A stretch of 64,000 nucleotides of DNA, taken from Mobula birostris (taxonomy: Eukaryota). The stretch is taken from assembly GCF_030028105.1 (NCBI RefSeq), contig NC_092371.1, positions 15,025,884 through 15,089,883 on the forward strand, given 5' to 3'. The first letter of the stretch is position 1. Every line of letters begins with the position of its first letter. The notes below the pieces were generated by a model. That model was not told the origin of the DNA, did not search any database, and saw nothing but the letters and a program-made list of their open reading frames with translations. The position numbers and the translations under genes were made by a program. Below are positions 25,201-35,199 of the stretch, in pieces.

Positions 25201-25623
25201 CTCGTTGGAATTTAGAAGATTGAGGGGGGATCTGATTGAAACGTATAAGATCCTAAAGGGATTGGACAGGCTAGATGCAGGAAGATTGTTCCCGATGTTG
25301 GGGAAGTCCAGAACGAGGGGTCACAGTTTGAGGATAGAGGGGAAGCCTTTTAGGACCGAGATTAGGAAAAACTTCTTCACACAGAGAGTGGTGAATCTGT
25401 AGAATTCTCTGCCACAGGAAACAGTTGAGGCCAGTTCATTGGCTATATTTAAGAGGGAGTTAGATATGGCCCTTGTGGCTACGGGGGTCAGGGGGTATGG
25501 AAGGAAGGCTGGGGCGGGGTTCTGAGTTGGATGATCAGCCATGATCATAATAAATGGCGGTGCAGGCTCGAAGGGCCGAATGGCCTACTCCTGCACCTAT
25601 TTTCTATGTTTCTATGTTTCTAT
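22258..25623 (+). mobile_element. Young 5'-truncated CR1 LINE (ORF1 esterase end, ORF2, 3' UTR, (TTTCTATG)n tail)
   Basis: ORF1 remnant 22269-22487 with an SGNH-esterase-type DGLHLN motif, a long ORF2, and octamer tail repeats at about 25600-25623. Confidence 0.97.
22493..25402 (+). CDS. CR1 ORF2: APE endonuclease plus reverse transcriptase, 969 codons, premature stop near the C-terminus
   Basis: APE motifs (NARSI, GITET, MGDFN, LDWVL, SDHN) and RT motifs (YRPVSLTS, QHGF, YLDFQKAFD, GVPQ-SVLGP, FADD). TAG at 25400-25402 stands where the 38.6-kb paralogue has TGG (VVNLWNSLP). Confidence 0.95.
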   Translation: MGGGNQIKEAKSEEVSSLQGDGNQCRETDGCKVRVETKSTMEKSKSGRPTNPGQALKRATFQHNCIRAKRVVKERLKALCVNARSIRNKVNELKVQIVINDYDIVGITETCLLGDQGWELNVQGYSIFRRDRHEGRGGGVALLVKEEINAIERKDISREDVESIWVELRNTKGQKTLVGVVYRPPNSSSEVGDGIKQEIRNVCNKGTAVIMGDFNLHVDWVNQIGKGAEEEDFLECMRDGFLNQHVEEPTREQAILDWVLSNEEGLISNLVVRGPLGKSDHNMVEFFIKMESDIVNSETKVLNLKRGNFEGMRRELAKIDWQMTLKGLTVDMQWQAFKGCMDELQQSFIPVWQKNKSRKVVHPWLTREIRDSINSKEEAYKLARESGSPEDWEKFRVQQRRTKGLIRKGKKDYERKLAGNIKTDCKSFYRYVKRKRLVKTNVGPLQTETCELIMGSKDMADQLNNYFGSVFTKEDINNLPEIVGDRGSSEMEELSEIHVSREVVLDKLKGLKADKSPGPDGLHPSVLKEVAQEIVDALVIIFQNSLDSGLVPEDWRVANVTPLFKKGGREKPGNYRPVSLTSVVGKLLESVIKDVITVHLECGEMIGQSQHGFVKGKSCLTNLIEFFEDVTSRMDRGEPVDVVYLDFQKAFDKVPHRRLVSKLKAHSIGGKVLVWVESWLADRKQRVGINGTFSEWQAVTSGVPQSSVLGPQLFTIYINDLDEGIKCSISKFADDTKLGGSVSCEEDAKRMQGDLDRLGEWANSWQMQFNVDKCEVIHFGGKNRKTDYYLNGDRLGKGEVQRDLGVIIHQSLKVGMQVQQAVKKANGMLAFIARGFEYRSREVLLQLYKALVRPHLEYCVQFWSPNLRKDILAIEGVQRRFTRLIPGMAGLSYEERLDELGLYSLEFRRLRGDLIETYKILKGLDRLDAGRLFPMLGKSRTRGHSLRIEGKPFRTEIRKNFFTQRVVNL

Positions 25624-25639
25624 CTCTCTTCGGCATGTT

Positions 25640-27400
25640 AGACGTATCCTCCACTGACACAAAATAGACATTCAAAGCCTCGGCCATTTCTTCAGTACCC
25701 AATATCAATTCCCCCGTCTCGTCCTCCAAGGGACCTGCATTCACCTAGGTCACCTTTTTACAATTTATATAATTATAGAAAATACTATACATTTTTATGT
25801 TGAGTGTGAGTTTATTTACATAATATGCCTGTTCTGTCTGTATTGCTTGCTTAGTGGTTCTTTGTTGTTTTTTAAAAGTTTTCCCAGCCTTCCAGTTTCA
25901 CACGACTTTTGGTGACATTGTCGGCACGAGCATTTAGTTTGATGTCTTCCTTTATTTCCTTAGTTATCCATGGCTGGTTTTACCCGCTCCTACTGTCCTT
26001 GCTTTCAACTTTTTTGAGCACCGTGAAAAATCTCTTTGACAGTCTATCACTGTTGCTCAACCGCCCAGCCATCTAGCTTCTCTTCCGAATCTACCATATC
26101 CAAATCGTCCCTCATCCTGTTGTACTCTCCCATGTTTTGGCATTGGTTTTAGTTCGAACTATTGGAGCCATCATTTGTATGAGAAATGATACTGTACTGT
26201 TTGTACTGTCAACATTCTTTGCAAGAGGATGCCTAAGTATAAGAATGCTAATTTTACCTCTCTCAGTGCACAAGACCAGATTTAAGAAAATATGTTCCCT
26301 TGTCGGATGAACAACATGCTGTTCAAGAATGTTATCGCCTATGCATACTAAGAAGTCCTCCTCAAGACCGCCTCGACCTACTTGATTCGCCTCGTCTATG
26401 TCCATGTTGATATCCCGCACTGTAACTGCTGTTACACTCTTACAACCCTCAGATACTTCTCGGTTCATTGCCTGTGGCGATGTAATGTTATTATTCGGTG
26501 GCCTAGAGATAACTCCTTCCAGTAAGTTTCCCCTTTACTATTTCTAATCTATACCCAGGTGGATTCAACATTCTGCTCCCTAGATCTTATATCGTCTCTC
26601 ACTATCGCCTTGATCTCATCCTTGATTAAGAGGGCTACCTGATATCCTTGGATATTTAGTTAATAATCCTCTCCTCCCTGCAACTACGTTTCAGTAGTGG
26701 CCAGTAAGTAATGCGCCTTCACTCTGATTTGTTCCACAAGTTCACTGGCCTTGTTACAAATACTGCGGGAAACAAAATTATGTGCCCTTACACTCGTTGT
26801 GCCTTTAAAATCGAATATTTTCTGTCTCTTACGCTCTGAACTTTTCTGTACTCCAACTGTACTTTTCTCTTTTTTATCATTTCCTTTTACTTTACTTGTA
26901 TGTACACATTTCTCTTTTACTTTATCCATACTTCTCCAATCTGTTGAGCCCACCCCCTGCTATTTAGTTTAAAGCCCTACCACAACCCCAGTTATGTGTT
27001 CCGCCATGATCCAGGTCCCATCACGATTCTGGTGGAGCCCGTCCCAGGTGGTGAGTTCCCGTCTTCCCCAATGTTGCTGCCAGTTGCCCGTGTATTTTAA
27101 TCCACTTCTCCTATCCCAATCTTTGAGCCACGCATTTAACTCTCTAATCTTCTTGACCATTTGCCAACTTGCACGTGGCTGAAGTAGTAATGCAACTTTT
27201 TGTTTCTGCTCTTTAATTCAATCCCTAACAGCTCAAATTTCCTCAGCAGAAATTCTTTCCTTGTTCCACCTACTTCGTTGCTGCCCACATATTTCCCGCA
27301 TCAAATTCCTCAGTAGGTCAGATAAAATGTCCCGAACCCCGGCACCAGTCACCAACACAGCCTTCGGGACTATGGTATCAATGATTGTATTTCCATGAAT
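25640..27400 (-). mobile_element. Old degenerate CR1 LINE (ORF1 esterase and ORF2 endonuclease remnants)
   Basis: Minus-strand ORFs ELNAWLKDW..WDGLHQN (26969-27160) and RDINMDID..EEDFLVCI..EQHVVHPTRE (26112-26468). Confidence 0.8.
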
Positions 27401-27562
27401 GTAGACAGTCAGTTGTTGAGTGGACCGTTTCGTGCAAATGGAGGGAGATCTCAATAAATTTACAGATTGCTAAATATAACCGACGTTTCTACTTTTAAAG
27501 TGCAGAAACCGAACGGTACCAATTTTAAATACTGCGTGAAATAAGTGAGTGAGAGAGAGAGG

Positions 27563-27717
27563 NNNNNNNNNNNNNNNNNNNNNNNNNNNNNNNNNNNNNN
27601 NNNNNNNNNNNNNNNNNNNNNNNNNNNNNNNNNNNNNNNNNNNNNNNNNNNNNNNNNNNNNNNNNNNNNNNNNNNNNNNNNNNNNNNNNNNNNNNNNNNN
27701 NNNNNNNNNNNNNNNNN
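27563..27717. other. Assembly gap (155 N) next to a (GA)n tract
   Basis: Run of N directly after gagagagagagg. Confidence 1.
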
Positions 27718-28759
27718 GATTGCTAGAGATAGTTGTCTGTCACAGTGGTGTGGTTATTACCTGTTTTCCACGAGAAATGCCAGTGTATTGCCCAATTATT
27801 TTCCTTTTATTTCTTCAGATTCAAGCTGAATTGGTTGCAGAGTGATTATCACTTCAATTCCCTAGTTCTGACTGACGATTGGGAGGGTATATTGTAATTG
27901 AGCAAAACGGGATGGGGGCCGTCTTGAGTATATCCTAATCTGATCGATCTCCAATGATAACCACCACAAGGCATTATTCCAATCTTTAAAACTTCAAAGG
28001 AAATCAATGTCAGTAGACCATGTAAGTCTGCTGCAAGGAACGGACAGAGAGAGAGAGAGAGAGAGAAGGTGGGTCTTCAAAAAATATTTTTCTGATCTTC
28101 CTTTTGAAGGGATGGCAAAATCCATTAATAATCCCTCAGAGCACCCATCAAACAAGGATAGGTGGTAAGAGTGTGGAACGAGTTCCCATGGGAGCTGGAA
28201 AATGCAGTTTCTATTTCAAGATTAATTGGGAATTTGGGTAGAGGCATTGATGAGAGCAGTAAGCAGTGCTAAGGTCCGGGTGCAGGTGGATAAAACCAGG
28301 CAGCATAATAGTTGGCTTGAAATAGTTAGGCCGAAGGGCCAATTTCTGTGCTGTAGTAGTTTATGAATCTAGTTCTCTATGGCCCTAATGACAGCACTGT
28401 TGAAGTATTGTGCTGAGCGCCGATCTCTTGTGTTCTGGAAGAACATGCAACTGATGGAGGATTTGTCAGAATATAGAGCCATAACGTTGTACGCCACTGA
28501 AGCAGGTCCTTTGACTCAAACAATTCATATCGATCTAGAAGGCCATACAAACCAGTCCAATTTGCAATCCTTTCTCCCATATCACAACAAACCTTTGCAA
28601 TGCATGTGCAAATAACTATATACAAGCTTATTAAATGTTGTAAATGTGCGTGCAAGTAACAACTCGTCTAGGTGCACGTTATGCATGTAACTGTCCTCTG
28701 TTTAAAAAAAATGCCACGATATTGGAAGGTCTCCACATGCTCCATAGGTTTCGAAATAA

Positions 28760-29335
28760 ATTTAATATTTCCTATTTGTTTCTTTTCCCAAAGGACCAAC
28801 ATCTTTATCATCGGAGCACCTATATATACAATCCTATCTTTTGTAAATAAGGGCGCCAAATATTCAAAAATGTATCATATTTATTCCTTAAATTATAAGT
28901 ATTTTTTTCAAGTGGAATACAGCTAAAGATTTCCGTATTCCAACGATCCATACTGAAATATGAATCCGATTTCCAAATAACTGCAATACCTTTTTGGTTA
29001 ATGCCAATGCAATTTTTATAAATTCTTTCTGATATTTATTCAATTTAAGTTTCGGTTTTCTCCATTCAATGTCACCTAATAAAAATAATATTGGGTTATG
29101 TGGAAGTTGATTTCCAATAATTAGTTCCAATAAGACTCTTAAATTTATACAAAAATGTTGAATTTTGAAACAGGACCATTTTTTTCTTTCTTTCTGTCTT
29201 TTTTTTTTCTTTCTGTTTTTTTCCCCTCTTTTTTACGTAGGGGTATGTATCGGGTGGAAGGGTTAAGGGGAGGGGGGAGGGTAGATATTATTCTATGTAA
29301 TCAAATTTGAAAATTGAATTTAAAAATTATTTTTA
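28760..29335 (-). mobile_element. L1-clade LINE 3' fragment, with the terminal UTR apparently inverted
   Basis: Minus-strand ORF 28888-29130 (PHNPILFLLGDI..KEFIKIALA) resembles a fish/shark L1 ORF2 C-terminus; 29180-29335 reads like a plus-strand L1 3' UTR (T-rich, G-rich, A-rich end). Confidence 0.65.
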
Positions 29336-30187
29336 AAATTGCCACATGATTCTTATTGAATCTTTTTTTTACTTACCGTAAACCTATGCACGATCGTTAT
29401 TCATTCCCCAACCCTGGGTAAAAGAAGACTAAGTAGTCACCTCCGTTTGCTCTTTGCGATTTTTATACTCTTCTATAAAATGACCGTTAAATCTCCGACG
29501 CTCCAAAGAAAAAAAGTCCTAACCTACTTGACCTATCCTTAACACTCAGTTCTTCGAAACCTACCCACATCTTCATAAATATTTGCTGCACAATTCCCTA
29601 CTTAATGGTATTTTTCTGAATGCAGCGTGACTAATACTGAAGACAATATCAACAGAGGCCTGATCAACGTCTAATACATATGCAGCATTGTATTGCAACT
29701 TCGAAAGTAAGTGCTCTGGCTGATGCAGGCCGTTTTGCCGAAAGATTCTTCACCACATTACATACCCATGAATTCACTTCGGGGATAGAATTTTCGATAT
29801 GAATGGAATTGACAATTAAGAATTCAGTGCAGGAAGTTGGGTGATAAGCCCCATTTCATTAGAAAAAGGAGAAAGTGCGAGAGGATAATAACCGCATAGT
29901 TTCCCCTGGCCTTATTTTTTCAATGGTCCACACTGCAATCCAGTTAAACCAGTGGAAAAGTGAATACTTTTTAGGGTGGCTGTGGGATGTTTTCGAGATT
30001 TCCCAGAGCAGTGGGAGTTCTGTCCAGATAATTGGACAGCCGTTTTTGAAAGGCATCGAAGGATTTATAGGATCAGATACGTGTCCAGTCTCTTGAACCA
30101 GACTTGATAACTTCACTCAACTCAAGAACAAACTGATTCCACAAAATATAGACTCACGTTCAAGGAATAACCCATGTTATTTATTGA

Positions 30188-30250
30188 TTTGTCTATCTGT
30201 CTATCTATCTTTCTATCTACCTATCTATCTATCTAGCTAGCTATCTATTT
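30188..30250. repeat. (TCTA)n-type microsatellite
   Basis: Imperfect tctatctatc run. Confidence 0.9.
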
Positions 30251-30836
30251 AATTATCTGTTTAATTATCTTCATTTTTGCACAGTTTCTCTTATTTTCTG
30301 CATTAGTTGCTTGTCCATCTTTATGTGTGGTCTTTTATTGATCCCGTTGTATCTCGTAAAATAAATCTGAGGAAAGTTTTTTTAAAATTTTTTTTTCTTT
30401 GTACGTTGAATTGTATGATCCCCAATCATGGGCGACGTTGTAATTTGTACCATAATTTAACAGTCGTTTCAGGACAATAGTCATCACTGGATGCTGATGG
30501 TAAAAGCATCAACAAGGTACGGTAAGTGCGTCGGATAATTCTTGCGTTTTGATATGTATGACTTCGAATAATTTTGATCTCATTAACAATTTGGGCAGAA
30601 AGAATGCGCCGAATGGCGCACTGATTTTTTTTCAAAGAACAGCTGCTGATATGGACGCGTAAAATCAGTTTATTTTGAGTATTGGTCAAGCACCTCTACA
30701 TATGACACAACCGAAGATGAAACATTTTGAATTTATCGGTTAACTTTTAAAGATCGTAATTCATAGATTCGAATGGCTGGGTGATCAGTCTCCGCCCCTT
30801 CCTTTCCCTGGCGCCTCCCATGTATTAACATCCTGC

Positions 30837-30959
30837 TTAATAAACAGATCACGGGGCTGCGATTTGCAGACTCTGGAACCGGAGACCCTCCCGGTGTTTG
30901 CAGAACAGCACGGCTCGAACGGAAAATTGAGCGCTCGCTGTCTCCACCTGTCCGCAACA
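30837..30959 (+). promoter_or_regulatory. Ig light-chain promoter region
   Basis: Octamer variant ATTTGCAG at 30862-30869 (98 bp before the ATG), TTAATAAACAG at 30837-30847 and E-box CACCTG at 30945-30950. The last two are conserved in the pseudogene. Confidence 0.6.
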
Positions 30960-31008
30960 ATGTCCCGAGTACTCCATCTCCTGTGTGCTCTGCTTGTCCA
31001 TTTATCAG
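30960..31008 (+). CDS. Ig light chain exon 1 (leader peptide MSRVLHLLCALLVHLS-G)
   Basis: ATG at 30960, hydrophobic 49-nt phase-1 exon, donor GTAAG at 31009. Confidence 0.93.
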
Positions 31009-31142
31009 GTAAGAGACATATTACTTTATTCACGGATTATCCGTGAAAATGGCAATTACTGCTCATTATAACGCGAGTTTATCAATCGATGAGCGTTCTG
31101 TTAGATCCAATTCACCCAATGGTTTCATTGCTTTTGTTGCAG

Positions 31143-31496
31143 GTATCCTGACAGCCCCGGTCCTTAATCAGACGCCAATGTCCGGTCCCGTCTCCGCGGG
31201 ACAGACCGCCCGCTTAGAATGTCGGATCCAGAACGGTAACGTTGGTAGTTACAACATGAACTGGTTCCGACAGGGTCCCGGAGAGAGACCGGAGGGGGTG
31301 ATTAGACATGAGACGGACAATGATATATTTCGAGGGACAGGGATCACAGACCGTTTCCAACCGTCCAGAGACACCTCCAGCAACAGTCACATCCTGACCA
31401 TCAGCAGTTTGGAGCCCCGGGACTCCGCTGTCTATTACTGTGCAGCGTGGGATAGTGGATATATCTTCGGTCCAGGCACTATCCTGGACATAAAGA
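31143..31496 (+). CDS. Ig light chain exon 2: germline-joined V-J of the sigma-cart (NS5/type I) class
   Basis: Acceptor TTGCAG ending at 31142; open frame with LEC, WFRQ, GTGITDRFQPSRDTSSNSHILTI, DSAVYYC, CDR3 AAWDSGYI and FGPGT; donor GTAAGT at 31497; no heptamer/nonamer between V and J. Confidence 0.96.
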
Positions 31497-32777
31497 GTAA
31501 GTGACTCCCTCATTCCGTTACAAGCAATTCCCATCACAGCCGGTCTCATTCCCCACCGCTATAGATGTTTTTTATCCAGCGAATCGTGGCGCCGTCTCCA
31601 TGCTGTGGTGGAGTTCGATCTGTCTCTTATCAGAACATGAGTTGCTCTAATGAACCATCTTTGAATTTCATGTGTTTTATTTACTCCATGTACATCCCGG
31701 CATTCAATAGCCTCAGTCTGATATGGTGAAAGCCTAGATAGATCAGAAATTTTTCGAATTTAATCTATTGACCCCTTGCCCAGAACTGAAGAAATCGGAA
31801 GCAGAACAGTGCACTCTTATACTATCCCTAAGAAAAATGAAAATTTCTCCAATATTTCGAACTGCTATTCCAACTTTCAACGAGGTCGCAAACAAGGAAG
31901 GGAAAATGTGATTTTTTAAAGTTACATTGCAGGACAGTGGTTGAGCTCGCAGAGAATGGAGCGGGAATAGGTGGGTTCGTTCACGTCCGGGAGGTATTCC
32001 GGGTCCGAACTGGACTGTTCCTTATTTCCTCGCCCCTCTTCCGCTCACAGAACTGCTCGTATATTCCGCCATTTTCTCTGCCATCACTGGGCGGATGGAT
32101 TGGACAGCCTGAAGTGGAATGTTCACAAAATCAGGGATGGGCGAATTCAATATCTGGGGTGTTACTGCAATTCAATGCGGAATTCCATTCAGCCAAGGGG
32201 CCAGTGACAGCGTAGTTCCAGATTTTTTTCGTGGTGGTGGATGGGTGGGGTGTTGAAGGGGGTCGTATTTGAGTAATTCTTAACCCGAAACGGAAATCTC
32301 TGTGAGAGAGAAGAGTGGATTCGAAATCCCAATTTGCCGAGCTGCTTTACATTGCTGCAAGAGTAATCTCCGTCATTTCATAGCCCAATTAAAGATCTTT
32401 GGCAATATTGCAGACCGGCAGTAAACACGAATTTACAGACAGACTAATAACTAGGAAGTACCGTGTGCAAGGAATAGATAGGTGGAATGAGTGAGGCTAT
32501 TTCCTCCTCATGTTTGGTGCACAGGACTCCCGGCCTGTAAATAAAATGAATGTTAAAAGCGCACTTCGAACCTGTGACTAATCTGGGAAATTACTTACAG
32601 ACAACTTATTCACCGAAAGAATTACTGTATCATCCGCCAGAGATTTCACTGTTTGCCTTAATACTCGGAGTCCTGTGTTTTTTTTTCTGTAACAGAGTTG
32701 TTTCTTTAATCCCGAGTTTCAGACATTCCTAACATTAATATTGTTCTATTCCCATCCGTCTAATCTCTCTCACACAG

Positions 32778-33106
32778 GCAGCGAGTCCCGGAGACCTTCC
32801 ATTCTCCTGCTCCCTCCCTCCCCGGAGGAGACCGGCACGGGTTCGGCCACTCTCTCCTGTTTGGTGAGTGGTTTTAAGCCGGGCTTGGTAGCGCTGCGCT
32901 GGAGCGTGGATGGAGTCGAGACTGAGAGCGGGGTGACCACAGGCGCCGTGTCTGCAGACACTGACCAGACCTATAGGCTGAGCAGTTACTTGCGAGTACC
33001 CGCCGATGCCTGGAAAAAAGGGTCAAGATATGCCTGCAGCGTGAGCCACAGCTCGCTGAGCTCGCCTTTGCGGAACACCATCTCTTCGTCAGCTTGTGCG
33101 CAGTAA
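32778..33106 (+). CDS. Ig light chain exon 3: constant (C1-set) domain
   Basis: Acceptor CACACAG ending at 32777, phase 1 matching the J donor; sequence RPSILLLPPSPEE..ATLSCLVSGFKPG..WSVDG..YRLSSYLRVP..YACSVSH..SSSACAQ*, with a C-terminal Cys for H-L bonding. Confidence 0.96.
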
Positions 33107-33829
33107 GGCCGCGGCGTCTGGCAGCACAGGCGGATTGTTAGCTCCTGCTTAATGCAATGAAACCCTCACTTGGACTGTGCAGCGACCTTGTGCAATGTAA
33201 TTGTGCAGTAATGTTTTTAATGGGAACAAACAACCGTATAATAAGTTTGGAACGTCACGCGATGATTGTCTGTCTTTCGCGACGAGTACTTCTCTGCAGA
33301 ATTGTAACTACTGTGCTGTATCTGAAATTCCACTGTGTATAAAATGCGTAGATCTCCGTGTAGAAGTTGACCTTGTTGTGTTTGGATATTGTGATAAACA
33401 CAGCTGGTAATAGAAAAGCAACTGCTGTTGGGTTTATCGTCCTCTGTCTTTACTCGGCTGTCCACAGTACGTCGGGAGTTTGCTAGCGTGTACCGTGCCA
33501 TCTCAAAGTCGCCTCACATAGAATTACACTCAAATCCACTGAAATATCCTATCCCTCCTTTCCTGCAGAATACTGATCTCTGTGTCCTATGCTGGCCTCT
33601 TCGTCTTTGCTCGCCTATCCGCCATCACCGCATTCCTCAATTCCTCTTTGTCCTGCACCTCTGCTCTTCATTTCCAAACTTCTCTGTGGGAAAGAAATCA
33701 ATATTCGCACTGCCTTTTTGCGGTACTCTGACTACCACAAGGGAGTGTTATACTGTCGGCTTTGTTTCACCGTGACTTGGCATTATGTCCATATGAAGGT
33801 TTAGATTCTCTGAGTTCCTCGACAAAGAG

Positions 33830-34125
33830 AAAACGGTTAAGGTGTTCGTCTAGTGATTTGAAGGTGGCTAGTTTGAGTTTTGGCTGAGGCAGCGTGTGTG
33901 TCCTTGAGCAAGGCATTTAACCACACATTGATCTGCGACGACACCGGTGCCAAGCTGTATGGGTCCTAATGCCCTTCCCTTGGACAAGCTCGGTGGCGTG
34001 GAGAGGGGAGACTAGTAGCAATGATAACTACCGAGCTTCCATACAACCTTGCCCAGGCCTGCGCCCTGGATACCTTCCAAGGCGCAAATCCATGGTCTCA
34101 TGAGACTAACATATGCCGATATTGA
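33830..34125 (+). mobile_element. tRNA-derived SINE
   Basis: Head with an A-box-like GGTTAAGG and a B-box-like GTTTGAG, followed by the GTGTCCTTGAGCAAGGCATTTAACC body motif common in fish SINEs. Confidence 0.55.
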
Positions 34126-34129
34126 CTAG

Positions 34130-34330
34130 GTGGTTCTAGGCATGGTAAGCAATCACCATTGCCCTTCAGTGCGGAAGCCTACTAAAAGCCTGTCATCACG
34201 GGCAAAACTCTCTCCACCACTCTATTCTCACTGTTGCCATCAGGAAGAAGGAATTACCTCAGGATCCACACCATGAATTTGAGAAACAGTTATTACAACT
34301 CAGCCATCAGGCTGTTGAACCATAGGGGAT
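34130..34330 (+). mobile_element. Rex1/Babar-like LINE C-terminal fragment
   Basis: Encodes PSGRR..LRNSYYNSAIRLLN. Confidence 0.65.
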
Positions 34331-34379
34331 ACCGACATACACGTTTTCTCGCCCAATCATTGAACAGTTCCCACAACCT

Positions 34380-34452
34380 AAGCAACAGGAATTCTGCAGA
34401 TGCTGGAAGTTCAATCAACACACATCAAAGTTGCTGGTGAACGCAGCAGGCC
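34380..34452 (-). mobile_element. Short Penelope-like terminal fragment
   Basis: Near-identical to 9694-9766 and truncated before the hammerhead. Confidence 0.8.
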
Positions 34453-35199
34453 ACAAGCTAGGCCTTGTTGTATGTAATATATATTATATTTACATTTATT
34501 GATTGCTCACTTCCACCACAATGCAATCAGCACACTGGACAGCAACGTTACCTTGGGATATTTCACATCCTAAAACCTGAGTTAACAAAAGATGTACACG
34601 TTTCTCTTTTAAATTCTGAAGATCCACTTCCACACCTTTACAGTCGAAATGTATCAGATTTTTGATCCCTCACCCTGTTGGAGTCAACATCTGTCCCCGA
34701 AACACAAGTCTGTTTGGAATCTCCTATTATAGCTCGACTTTCACTGAGATAATCTCATATTTTGAACTGTCATGGCTGATGAATTGTTCCACGGTCACAT
34801 TCTCCTGCCCTCTCTCGTAACCTTTGTCGCCTTCACTATTCAAGAACGTATCAACCTTCACTGTAAAAACACCAAATAACTTGGTCTTCATAGAAACTGT
34901 GGCAATAAATTCCTTTGAATCACCACCCTGTTGCTAAAGAAATTCCTTCCCATCTCCGTTCCAAATGGATGTCCCTACATTTTGAGGCAGTGGCCTCTGG
35001 TCCTAAACTCCCACACCATCCGAAACACCCGCGCGACGTCTATTCTATCTAGGGCTTTCTGCACTCAATGGTTTTCAATGATATGACCCCCTCCCGCCCC
35101 ATTCTTCTAAACTACAGCGTCTGTAGGCCTAGAGCAGTCAAATATTTCTCAAATATTAACTCTTACATTGCTTGGAAACCTCCTCTGGACCTTCTCCTA

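Noticed and set aside
31143-31496. Joined V-J as a processed (retrotransposed) copy
   Set aside because: The leader and J-C introns and the promoter are present, and there is no poly(A) or TSD.
33331-33337. CACTGTG heptamer downstream of the C exon (possible deleting-element-like RSS)
   Set aside because: No nonamer-like sequence at 12 or 23 bp; isolated heptamers are expected by chance.
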